A DNA stretch of 64,000 bases from the human T2T-CHM13v2.0 reference genome, Homo sapiens. Of the stretch, positions 1-14,982 are shown piece by piece; the stretch's first letter is position 1, and each line of letters starts with the position of its first letter. The DNA lies in the NCBI RefSeq assembly GCF_009914755.1, contig NC_060935.1; one strand, given 5' to 3'. The translations under genes and the position numbers were made by a program. Below the pieces are notes generated by a model that worked only from the letters and a program-made list of their open reading frames with translations, was not told the origin of the DNA and ran no database searches.

Positions 1-153
1 GGTTCAGGAGGCAGAGTAGAAACTCGAGCCTCTCCCAACATGTCCAGACCCTCTCTTGGTCTCTCCTAGATCCTATTCTAAGAGCTGCTGTCCCTTGGCC
101 AGGAGGGGGCCTCTCCCAGCTCCTCCCAGCAACTCGGAGCAATAAGTGAAGAT

Positions 154-174
154 GTCAGCACCTTGGACAGCGCC
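154..174 (+). promoter_or_regulatory. REST/NRSF RE1 element
   Basis: gTCAGCACCttGGACAGCGCC vs consensus TTCAGCACCnnGGACAGCGCC. Confidence 0.85.
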
Positions 175-1301
175 CAACCCATTACAGGACGCGGAGCCAG
201 CGGAAGCCAAGCTCTCCACCTCCCTTAGCCTCTGGGTGATGGATTTCCTCTCTTCTCAATTTGATTAAAGCCCAGTAGATAACCAGAGCGCCTTGTTCCT
301 TTCTCTTCTCCCTTCCTGATGAACATAATTAACTCCGTCAGGCTGGGAATGCTTGCTCTTAAATACTGCCTGCCCAGCTCCCACCCAGGCATGAATCAGT
401 AAAATAGAACACTTGGAAGATTCACACGTTTCTTCCTAGGGAATGAAAGTGGGAGAGGAAGCTGTCTCTGAGATATACAGAGGCTGTGAATGAAGGCTGA
501 CATGTGGTGGTTGGGTAGAGAAACCCCTAAACTGGAAGTCAGGAAGTTTACTTTAGTCCTAGCTTTGCCACTAATCCAGATATGATCTAGGCAGGTCATG
601 TGCCCTTTCTTTCTGAGCCTGTTTTTCCATTTGCAAGATGTATATTGGTCTAGATAATATCAGATGCTGAGTTCAGTGCTAATGTGCTATGGTTGAAAAT
701 CTTTAAACAGAGAGGGAAAGGAACTTGCCCAAGGTCACACAGCAAGCTTATGGCAAAGCAGACTTTAATTCATGGCTCCTGGCTTCTACCCCAGTGCTAT
801 TTCCACAAACTTACCCCTTCATTCATATCACAGACTTTCTTGCCTGAAGATGGAGGCTAAGGAAGTTAAAAACAGATAGGATTGCATTAATTGGTGTTAG
901 CATTTAGAAAATAACATTTAACATATGTGTAAATGCTAATCTCTCTGAAGAGAACAGAAAGCATGGCATAAATAATTAAGATTATGGGGAAAGGATCACC
1001 TGATAGAGACAGAAAATCAACCCCACACTCAGAGAATCCCAGAAAGGTTTTGTGACTTGCCCAAGGCCATCTAGTAAGGCAACTCTTGAATCTTTTAAAA
1101 AGAAAGAGTGAACTCTTACCTTAAGTGTTGGTGGTGCCCCTGTCGGAGAAGGAGAGAGAGAGAGACAATATGAATTAGCAAGTATGTATTAAGTTGCTGA
1201 CGTGTGCCCAGCTCTCTACTAGGCACTTGAGGAGGGATATAAAACATAAGGTATGAATGCTGCTCTCTAGGCACCAGGTCTTTGATGTTTTGCTTCTTCT
1301 A

Positions 1302-1893
<592 letters not shown>

Positions 1894-2160
1894 TGGATGG
1901 AAGGATGGATGGATGATGAATACAGATGTATGGGTGACTGGGAAAGAGGGTAGATGAAGGCATGAATATGTGGATGAGTGAGTGGGTGGGCGAATGGATG
2001 GATAAACAGATAGGGAAGTATATCATTGGTTAGGAAGGTAGAAAATTGATTAAATGTAAGTGGGTTTGTGGATGAGTAGGTAGTTGGAGAGGTGAATGAG
2101 TGCTCTATGGACAGATGAATGGAAAGGAATGTGGGTGGTTAGCTGGGCTGGTAAATGTAT
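1894..2160. repeat. Degenerate (TGGA)n low-complexity tract
   Basis: Repeated ggatggatg/gagtg units. Confidence 0.6.
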
Positions 2161-2182
2161 GGGTTAATATATAGTGGTTAAT

Positions 2183-2392
2183 GCATGTTCTCACTTATAA
2201 GTGGGAGCTGGACAATGAGAACACATGGACACAGGGAGGGGAACAACACACACTGGGACCTGTCAGGGGGTGGGGGAACAGAGAACATCAAGATAAATAG
2301 CTAATGCATATGGTGTATAATACCTAGGTGATGGGTTGATAGGTTGCAACAAACCACCATGGCACATATTTGTCTGTGTAACAAATCTGCAT
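2183..2392 (+). mobile_element. L1PA 3'-end fragment
   Basis: gcatgttctcacttataagtgggagct...gaacacatggacacagggagggg matches the primate L1 3' UTR. Confidence 0.85.
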
Positions 2393-2783
2393 TATATATG
2401 GTTGGGTAGTTGCATATGGGTGGGCAAACAAGTAGATGAATAATTGCATCATTGTATGGAAAGATAAATGTCAGAGTAGGTGGAGAGAAGAATTATTTAG
2501 TGGGGGGACATGGAGATGTTCCTAATATCTTTTTCATAGAAACTTTCCATTGCTGGTGCCAGAAAAATTACTATGGGGTTTAGTTGACTCTGTGCTTAAG
2601 CTGAGTCAAAGTGTGTTAACACCCCCAAAGATCTCAGGTGATTTCAGGCTGTATCAATGGAAATCTAATAACAAGACCAAAAAGAGTGATGATTCTATCC
2701 TGCCCTGAGCTGTTCACACTTCCCTGGGGTCTGTGCTCCACTCTGTACCTCTGAAGAGATGATGCCATCCATAGCTTGTGCAT

Positions 2784-3198
2784 TGCTATGGTGTCCCCCA
2801 AAGTTCATGTGTTAGAAACTGAATTTCCAATGCAACAGTGTTGAGAGGTGGGGCCTTTAAGAGGGGATTAGTTCATAAGGGCTCTGCCCTCATGAATGAA
2901 TGAATATGGCTATCATGGAAATAGGTTTATTATTGAAAGAGTGGGTTTGTTATAAAAGCAACCCCTCTCTTGCTCACTCTCTCTCTCTCTTTCTCTCTCT
3001 ATCTCTCTTTCTGTCTCACACACACACCCTCTCTTGCCCTTCTCCCCTTTGCTGTGGGATCACACTGCACAAAGGCCCTCACCAGATGTGGGCCCCTCAA
3101 TCTTAGACTTCCAGAAGTGTAAGAAATAAATCTCTGTTCCTTATAAATTGCCTAGTCTCAGGTATTCTGTTATAGTAGCACAAAAATGAACTAAGATG
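2784..3198 (+). mobile_element. MST-family MaLR solo LTR, apparently inserted in a degraded L3/CR1 relic (~2580-3550)
   Basis: tgctatgg...cccccaaagttcatgtgttagaaac start, ...actaagatg end, AATAAA near 3125; CR1-like sequence on both flanks. Confidence 0.8.
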
Positions 3199-5855
3199 TG
3201 CACATAGGAGATACAGTAGGAAGTAATCTATTAAGTCCACCAAATGAAGAACCACTGAAAGAACCATAAGTGTTCAGCCTGGAGAACAGCCAACTCGGTA
3301 GTGGCAACCACTGTGTCCCAGGATCTGGCTGGCTGTCCTGGGGCATGCCCTATGTCCTCAGCAGCAGAGCTGGGTCCTAGGGGTAGTCACCAGGCTGCTG
3401 TCCCAGCCCCATGTGAAAAAGGACTTTCTCCTAGGTGGAGTCATCACATAAGGGAAGGACTATCCCAGGGCAGTGAGCTCCCTATTCCTGAGGGTGTACA
3501 AATAGGGCCTGGGCATCCTCTATCAAGGAAGCTCCAAAGTAGAGGCATGCTTGGTGTGGAAAGTAAATTAAGGTCTCTTCGCAGCCTAAAGTTAAATAAT
3601 TTGTTCATCTCTTCACTTTTCAATGAATTAGATTTATCTATGTCCTGTGCTCAGAACTGGAATGCAGGGAAGTTCTGTTCATAGCTAAGGGTTAGGGGGA
3701 TCTAAGAGACAGACAGGGTCTTAGGGACCCTTGTCTTTCTCTATATGTAGGACAGGGGCTTGAGGAATGAGGAGTTGCTGAAAATGTCCTTTCATAGACA
3801 CAAATGACTAGGGAGGAGGAGGAGGATCAGAGCCACTGAGAGCCAATCCATGACCCAGATTCTCTGTAATTAATGAGTCTACGTCACTGATGTGTTGGCT
3901 TCTGATCAACACCATCTCCCCAAACCCGGCCCCACTCTCTGGTATGAGAAGATTAAATCAATTAGGAGGAGGAGGAGGAGATCTGGTTGGCGCTGGTTGG
4001 GGACAGCAGATAGTTCACTTACATAACTGGGGATTGAGGTTTGGACTTGGTCCTTGAGTAGTGGGGGTGGATTCCAGACCCCAGGCCTTTAGAGAGGGAC
4101 TCTGGGACTTGAGAGTGAATGCAGAAGGAGAAAGGGAGTCCAGGAGAGGAGGGAGTCATGAGCCCAGGCTCATCTTGTATCTTCCTGCTAAGGAACTAAT
4201 CCCTGTCCTCTGGGCTAGAAGAGGTCCAAAATGGAAAAATCACTGTCCAGTCCCCAAATGAGGGTGTCCCAGCCACCAGTATCATTGAACAATGCAAATC
4301 TAGCCAAGCCTCCTTTCCTTAGCCTGGCATTCAAGGCCCTGCAACCTCTCTAGCTGCATCATCTGCCTCCAAAAAGTGGGTATGAGTGAAAAGGAACTAC
4401 CAGGTCCTGGCATTCCTTCCGGGCTAGGTACCAGCTAGGCCCTGGAGGTACAGAAGGAAACAAACCCGGTTCTTTCAGGTATACTGCTTCGTGGGGGGAC
4501 ACATACTCACAACACTCCGTGCCAAGTGACAAACAGAGTTCTGCATGGGCAGGCATGGAGACAGCACAAGGGAGGGAGGCCTCCCAAGGCCAGTTTCAAC
4601 AGGCTTCCCAGAGGAGGCAGTGCTTGCACTCCCTGAGCCTTAAAGGAAGGATGGATTTGTGGGAGTTCATCAGGCTGCCCTGGTTGAGAGAGGGCTTTGG
4701 GTGGAGGGAAAAGCATGTACAATGGCTTGGTGGGTGAGGTGGGTTGGCATGCATTCAGAGAACTACGAACGAGTCTTGTGGTTGGAGCCTGGAGAGTGAG
4801 GTAGGGATGGGAGGTGCAAGGTAAGAGAGGTAGGAGGGCTTAGGTCTCACTTTTGATGGGATGCCAAGAAAGGATTGAGGCAATAATCCCAGACTGTCAA
4901 TCCACACTTTCTGAGCACTAACGGCAAGCCATGCCCCATGCTGGAACTGGGGTGGGGTGAGAGTGGGGGAGCAGAGATGAACCTGACTCAGGCCCTGCAC
5001 CCATGGGAGCTCTAGAAGCACACATGAATATTCCCTCTTTTTAAGCTCGTTAGTACCAACTTGGCTCCAAGTGGGATTCAGGCCAGACATGGTATTTCTG
5101 GGGCTCCAATTGTTGGCTAGATCTGCCTACAGCCCCTTGCCTAAGGACTGAGATATCCAGACAAGCAGTCTTGCTGCTCAGAGGGGAGCTGACCTCTGGG
5201 GGCCTGCCCCTGACAACTACCTGACCTCCCAAGGATACGTCTTATGGTAATCCAGGGCCTTGGGAAGAAATGCAGACAGATGAGAGGATAAACTGGAACC
5301 CTGAGGATAGGGGCAAGACATGGATTGAGAGGTGTTTAGGGGGTGAACTGACCAGGACTGCTGGATGCTGGGGAAGAGAGATCAAGGGAAGTGTCCTGGA
5401 TGGCACTCAGGATTTCTATCTTGGGCAGTGCCATCCGTGGTAAACATGGGAGAATGTGAGATCAGAAAGGGAAAATGAGTTGGAACTGTTTCAGGCTGCT
5501 GGAATCAGGATTCATTGGGTAGAGGCCCAAGAGCCTTAGGAATTCAAATGTACCACACATAAGCTGCCTTCAGGAGCTTTCTTCATCACATGGAAATCTT
5601 TGTACTCTCTCCCTTCCCTCCCTTACTCTTTCCATCAGCAGCCCTCTCTAAGAACCTCCCCTTTCCGTGCTGGCTCTGGGCCAAGCAGGGAGGCAAAGAT
5701 CTGAGAGTCACCCTGTTCTTTGTCCAGAAGGACAGCACAGAGAATGGCACTTCTACCATATCCCCCAGGACCTTTCTGCATGAAAACTTGGGCTGGAAAT
5801 TGAAGCTAACGCTTCAAATTTACTTTATTATTGGAAAGATTTAAGAACTAACTTT

Positions 5856-6009
5856 GGCTGGGCATGGTGATTCATGCCTGTAATCCCAACACTTTGGGAG
5901 GCCAAGGCAGGAGGATTGCTTGAGCCCAGGAATTTGAGACCAACCTAGGCAACACAGTGAGACCCTGTCTCTACAAAATAAATAAATAAATAAATAAATA
6001 TATATAGAT
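5856..6009 (+). mobile_element. FLAM / Alu monomer
   Basis: Left monomer with (TAAA)n tail; TSD taagaactaac on both sides. Confidence 0.85.
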
Positions 6010-6644
6010 AAGAACTAACCTTTGTGGTGCAAGCAACAGAAACTGACTGAGGTTAAACAAAGCAGAAAAAACCTATTGAAAGTTCCACCAGGCAGCTCAG
6101 AATGGATGAGAAAGCTGGAGATGAATGAACAGCTGAATTCATAGTCAAGTTCATAACATCGGAACAGCTGATTCCAGTGTCTCCAACAGCATGATCTTGG
6201 CCTCTGAACATCACCCCACTGCATACCCAGACTGTGGCATGACACAAACACAATGAGTTCTAATGAAGCTTCCTCCCAGCCTCACCAATTCTCACACCAA
6301 ATCCTGAACCAGGCACCCTGTCGGCCAAATTGCCAGGGAGTGGAAGGGAAAGAGTATCTGGCCACGTTTGACTTTGAAGGGGGAGATGGGATCCTAGTTT
6401 CCATAAAGGCTCACCTAGTGGGATATTTACTCAAAATACAAAGCAACAGATTAGTCCTATGCAGCAAAAAAAAAAAATGTGACAAATGTCCACTGCACCT
6501 TTATTGAGGACCCACTAAGTGCTGAATGTGTTGCCAGGAGGTTTTTTTGTTCGTTTTTGATTTTGTTTTTTTTTACAGTAAAGGCCCAGCACTGTATAGG
6601 GCTCCAAGGCATCTGCCTTGCCTGCAGTTTTTATATACACAATT

Positions 6645-7020
6645 TATTTTTATTTTTATTTATTTATTTATTTTTTACTTTTAAGTTCAGGGCTACATGT
6701 GCAGGTTTGTTACATAGGTAAACTTGTGTCATGGGGGTTTGTTGTACAGATTACTTCATCACCCAGGTATTGAGCCTAGTACCCATTAGTTATTTTTCCT
6801 GATCCTCTCCCTCCTCCCACCCTCCATCCTCCAATAGGCTGCAGTGTGTGTTGTTCCCCTTTATGCATTCATGCGTTCTCATCATTTAGCTCCCACTTAT
6901 AAGTGAGAACGTGTGGTAGTTGGTTTTCTGTTCCTATGTTAGTTCGTTAAGAATGATGGCCTCCAGTTCCATCCATGTTCCCGCAAAGGACATCTTGTTC
7001 TTTTTTATGGCTGCATAGTA
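6645..7020 (-). mobile_element. 5'-truncated L1PA
   Basis: Reverse-complement L1 3' end with T-rich tail; imperfect TSD tatataca(c)aattt. Confidence 0.88.
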
Positions 7021-7424
7021 TATATACAAATTTTCAAGGCAACTCTATCAGCTAGATGATGCTTGGTCCCATTCTACAGCTGAGGAAACTGAGGTTAATA
7101 AAGGTGAAATAAATTTCCCAAAGTCACTCAGCTAGTAGGTGATGAAGCCAGGACTCAAAAACTGGTGGGTTTTGTTGTTGTTATTCATAAACACATTATG
7201 CTGCCTCCCAAATTGTAAATACAAAGCACTTGTGCACATTAAAAAAAAAGTATGGGGCACAAAAAAAAATTACTGGAAATAAATACTCCAATATCTTCAC
7301 ACAATGATTGATGGGATCATGAGTAATATATTTTTCTAGCTTTCTAATGTTTTTCTGTACTTTCCTGTAAAAAAAAAGAGCATACTTTACCTTAATAATC
7401 ATAAATAAAAATAACGTAAGACTG

Positions 7425-8236
<812 letters not shown>

Positions 8237-8390
8237 AAAACCGTTTTAAGGATTATAGCAGTGTTATAATAATTATGAAGAAAATATGCATAGAAAAAAG
8301 ACTGGAAAGATGTCCGTCAAAAAAAGTCTCTAGATGGTGGGACTATGAGCATAATTATTTTTCTTTCAACTTCTGTTTTTCAAATTTTCA

Positions 8391-8828
<438 letters not shown>

Positions 8829-11229
8829 CTATCCTATCATGGTTGGAAGCATAGGTAGTTCTGTGTTTTCTGGGACAGCCTGGCAGTTCCTGCAGCATTC
8901 ACTATCCGAGGTGGTGTGGCCAGCATGAGGGCACAGTGATCACGGTTATCTCCGGCTGACCACTCAGAACCAGGGTGGGAAGAGCCCAGTGTGCCCACGT
9001 CTTGTAACAATGTGTATGGTATCAAGCCCTTCTGCACTATGAGGACTTCAGCTCCAGTAGCTGGAATCCTCCTCTCTGCTGGTTTCATCCCTCATTTCCC
9101 AGGCTTCAAGGTTCACCTTCCTCTACAAATGGGGCAGGGCTGCTCAGTTGTGTGAATTGTGGGCCCCTCCCTGGTGTCTTCTGTATCTTTCTTGTCTGAG
9201 TGGCAAGCCCCCAGCCCTTTCTTCCCTGCACTGTCGTGACCTCCCCTGGCCTCCAGAGCCCGCTGCCTTGCTCGGCCTTTCTCACCCTTCCAAGTGCAAG
9301 GAGGATTCTTGGTGCCCCTCTAGAAAGTCAGGCCCCCTCTCTTCTCAGTTTTTTCCTGGGCAAAAAACTGAGGAGCTAGTAACCTCATAGGCCACCCAGC
9401 CCAGTGCTTTCTGTGTCTCTTTCTCCTCTCCCCAAACCTCTTCCCTTCCCTCTGCCCTCCCAGCTTCTTCACCAAGCTCCTCCCTCTCCTTTTCCTTCCC
9501 AGTACACTCCCTGCTGAGCCCCTAGAATCTCCAGGTTGAGGCCCACTTTGGCTCAGGTAGCTAAGCCGCTGCAGTAAGAGATGCAGTGGGTAAAGTAGAG
9601 GCAGCCGGGGAGGAGGAGGGCCCAGGCCAAGGCTGAGGTCTAGGAGGCTAAGCAGGGCAAGCAGCCAACCCTAACAGCCCAGACCAGAGCCACCTCAGCA
9701 GCTTCTGCTAAACTCTAGCGAGGTATCTATGCTTGGGTGGCAGCTCCAGGGCCAAAGAGGCTGGTGGCAGGAGTAGGGCATTCTGCTGAGCTCAGCACAG
9801 CCTCCAAAAACCTCTCTGGAGAAGGAGGAGGCCACAGAGTGACCATGGACTCGGGGATAGGTGAAAACACTTCCTCCTCCCTTGGGGAGGTGACTCAGAT
9901 CCTGGAAAAGACTCCAGAGGACACCTGCTGGATGGAGGGCTCTCTCTCACCCTCTGTCTGTAGAGCCCTGGCTCTCATGCCTTCTGGGACAGGAAGCTCA
10001 TTTCCCTCTCTGGCAGCCCACTCCACTCAAGCTGCTGAAATGCCTCTCTGAGCCACAGCCTGTGCTGGGCTCTGGGGAAGCAGGGATGAATGTGGTCCCT
10101 GCCCTCAGGAGCTCGCCATCTGGGGGCAGGCAGGGGGCAGGTGGCAGAAACTGACAACACACCCCCACAGGGAAGCAGAGGGAGCTGAAGGGGGCCCTAA
10201 GCTAGCCTTGCAGTGGGGTAGGCATCAGGAATGGCTTCCCAGAGCAGGTAGGGGACTGAAGAGGGCCTTGAATATACAGGTATGGTGGGTCTGTAGTTTC
10301 AATTATCCTCTAAGTGCTGGCAAATCCCAGCTGTGCACCCCCAGTCCTGACATGGCTCCTGAATTCTAGGCGTCAATATCCCACTGCCCAGTCAATGTCT
10401 CCACTTGGATGTCTTGGCATCCCTAACTCATCAGGACCAAGGCTAAGTTCACCCTCTCTGCCCACCTCACACCTGGTCTTCCCTCTGTCAGTTCTACCAT
10501 CCACAGGCCAGAAACCCTGGGCCCATCCCTCCCCTTCACCCCGTATCCAGTCTGTCACCAGGCCCTGAGTATCTCAAACCCACCCACCACTCCCCACCTC
10601 CTCACCACCACCCAGCCCAAGCACCATTGCCTTTCACCTGTACTTCTCCAAGCGTCTCCTCATTTATCTTCTCATACTTGGCTCTTTCAATCATGTGGTG
10701 AGAGTGATCTTTACAAAATACAAATAAAATTATGTCACATTTCTACTTAAAAGCTTTCAATGGCTTCTCTTTGCCTTTGAAACAAAGGTTAAAATCTTCA
10801 AGGCCTGCAAGGCCCAGCATGGCCTGGCCTTCGCTGACAGCGCCAGTAGTATCTCAACAACCCCCTCCCTTGTCTCCTGACCTCCCGCCTCCAGCCCACC
10901 TGGCCTCATTGCCCACCTTAGAAACTTCTGTATGTGTTACTCACATTGTCTTTCCTGTGGGCACAAAAACCTGGGATGTCCTCTTTTTCTCTCCCAAATG
11001 ACTCCCAGGACATCTGTTTATGTGCTCACTGACCCTGAACACCAGTCTCTAGCCCTTCTCTCCTGAAGGATCAGCTGCAGGACACAGTGGGGGGTTACAA
11101 AGTAACCGGCCTGTCTGGAGCTAAGGTCCCAGAACCTCCCAGTGTCCACAGAGGCGTGTCCCTGCCTGGCTCTCAGATGCCTTCCAGAGCTCCCACTCCC
11201 CTCCTGCTCTCTCTGTCTCCCTGTCTGGT

Positions 11230-11516
11230 GTTTGTTTGTTTGAGACAGAGTCTTGTTCTGTCGCCCAGGCTGGACTGCAGTGGCATGATCTCGGCTCACT
11301 GCAATCTCTGCCTCCCGGATTCAAGTGATTCTTGTGCGTCAGCCTCCCAAGTAGCTGGATTACAGGCACTCATGCCCAGCTAATTTTTGTATTTTTAGTG
11401 GAGATGGGGTTTCACCGTGTTGGCCAGGCTGGTCATGAACTCCTGATCTCAAGTGATCCACCCACCTTGGCTTCCCAAAGTGCTGGGATTACAGGCATGA
11501 GCCACCATGCCCCACC
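11230..11516 (-). mobile_element. AluS
   Basis: Reverse Alu dimer. Confidence 0.9.
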
Positions 11517-12151
11517 CCCTCCTGCTCTCTTCTTCCATTTCTGGTGAAGAGTTGGCAAACCTCCTTCCCTCAGCCCTACCCCTTCCGGGGCCTCAGTGCT
11601 CCTCACCACTGAGGGGCAGAGGTGAGGCCCAGCCTGGGTCATCGTGCTGGGACCTACAATCCATGTCCTCCCTGGGCTCCCAGACAAGCCAACCAGCCTC
11701 GGGCCTCAGGCCAGGCACTGCCTCTTCTACAGTTTGCTGGAGGGTTCAGGTTTTCTCTGGGCTCCCACAGTATTCTGTATGCCCAGCACTGTCAAATCCA
11801 CCTGTTCTAGTGTTGGTTGCTCTTCCCCCGACCAGGAGCTCAACTTGCTCAGGGGCTGTGAGTTTTCATCTCTTCACCCCAAGCCTAGCTCAAGGATGGT
11901 CCCAGAAGAGAGGCTCAGGAAAGACTTAGCATATGAATTCAGGACTAATATCACATAAATGTGTGGTTTTGTTTTCTTTCCACATAAACTGCTATTAAAC
12001 TCTGTTTCCTTCATCCTGAACTTTTTATGAAGAATGGACCTAAGAGTCTTATGGGCCTTGGCTTTGATCTGAGCTCCATCTCTTACTATGTGACCTGAGC
12101 AAATGCTTAGCTTCTCTGGCTTTCAGTTTCTTCCACTATAAAATGAGAACA

Positions 12152-12303
12152 GGGTGGAAGGGGTGAAGACTGAAAAACTACCTACTGGGTACAATGTTCA
12201 CTATTTGGGTAATGGATACACTAGAAGCCCAAACCTCACCATTACACAAAATATCTGTTTAACAAATTGCATGTGTACCTCCTGAATCTATAATTAAAAA
12301 AAA
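12152..12303 (+). mobile_element. Short L1 3'-end insertion inside a MIR
   Basis: L1M-type 3' end with A-tail; 13-bp TSD TAAAATGAGAACA at 12139-12151 and 12304-12316. Confidence 0.8.
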
Positions 12304-12733
12304 TAAAATGAGAACAACATCCTCCTAAGGTTTTCACTATTAACTGAGATATCTTATGTTAGGGTACAGCACGAAGTATGTGCTCAATAATTCCTTCTTC
12401 TCTCCCTCACCCGAACCTCTGAGCCCCGATGAGGACTTGACATTTACCTCCATGAACGTGAACCTATGGTCATCACCTATGGGCCAAGTTAATGCAGATC
12501 ATTTTGAAACCCAGTTCTGCCATCTGACATAATCACTCTCCCACCCAGATTTGATAAGCATGCTTTATTTGGCCTAATCCAAGTCCCTGAAAAAATACAT
12601 CAGACTGAGCAAGATAGCAGGGAGGAACAAGCCCGGAGCAGGGCACTAGTCTTCCCTCTAAGCTGCCATTGATCCACTTACCCGTTCTCCACCACCTGCT
12701 GTCCAGGCAGCCAGGGATTCCCCTAGTGTATCA

Positions 12734-13189
<456 letters not shown>

Positions 13190-13669
13190 TTATTTTAAGT
13201 AAACCTAGGCTGGGTCCTGGTGATCACTATGTTTTATTCTTCTTTAATTTTTTTTTTCCTAGCTGGGATTTGAACTATATTCTTCTTTTTAAAATGATAT
13301 ATACCATTCCTTTTCTGCTGTCTTTGTTAATGCCGTTAAATTGGAAGAATTTTCAGTGATCAGTGAAAAGTCTCAGTTAGGAATTATTAAATTAACACAG
13401 GCTTCTTGCCTACTTGCTGTTGGCTGAAAATAGTTTAAAATACTTAAGTGAAAACTTTTCTCTACCACAGGAAATTTGCTTTCTGAGTGAATGAAGGTTT
13501 TCTATAGGAAGATAAATGTTCAACCTTCTCTTCTGACTCATTATAATCGTGGAATGGTAAAATTCAAGTAACTGCTGTTTTGTAATATTGAGTCAAACAT
13601 TCACTTTAAAAAAATGTAACAATACTGTCTTAATAAAAGCTTAGCTGTATATTCTTAAGACTTAGAAGA

Positions 13670-14005
<336 letters not shown>

Positions 14006-14270
14006 TTACTGAAAATACAAAAAGCCAGTACAAGAGGAAGCATAATGAAATCCAGCAGGAATAATTTGTAATTAGAAAACCCCATGCAATTCTTCAGCCA
14101 GGGATAATGGTGATCCATCTTAAAAACACATGTGTCCCATGCTGAGCACTGATGAGCCTAATCAGACACACTCCACTGACATTTTTCACAATACCAAGGG
14201 GTCCTTAATTGCTGGGGGGTACAGGCAGGCAAGCTTCTCGCTGCTCCTCTCAGGAGATCATAATGATTAA

Positions 14271-14666
<396 letters not shown>

Positions 14667-14686
14667 TCATCTTTAAAATTATGGCT

Positions 14687-14982
14687 GGCCGGGTGTGGTG
14701 GCTCATGCCTGTAATCCCAGCACTTGGGAGGCCAAGGCAGGAGGATCACCTGAGATCAGGAGTTCGAGACCAGCCTGACCAACGTGGCGAAACCCCATCT
14801 CTACTAAAAATACAAAAATTAGCCGGGCATGGTAGTGCACGCCTGCGATCCCAACTACTCAGGAGGCTGAGGTAGGAGAATCGCTTGAACCCCAGGAGGC
14901 AGAGGTTGCCGTGAGCCAAGATCACACCACTGCACTTCAGCCTGGGTGACAGAGTGAGACTCCATCAAAAAAAAAAAAAAAA
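14687..14982 (+). mobile_element. AluS
   Basis: Full dimer with A-tail. Confidence 0.92.
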
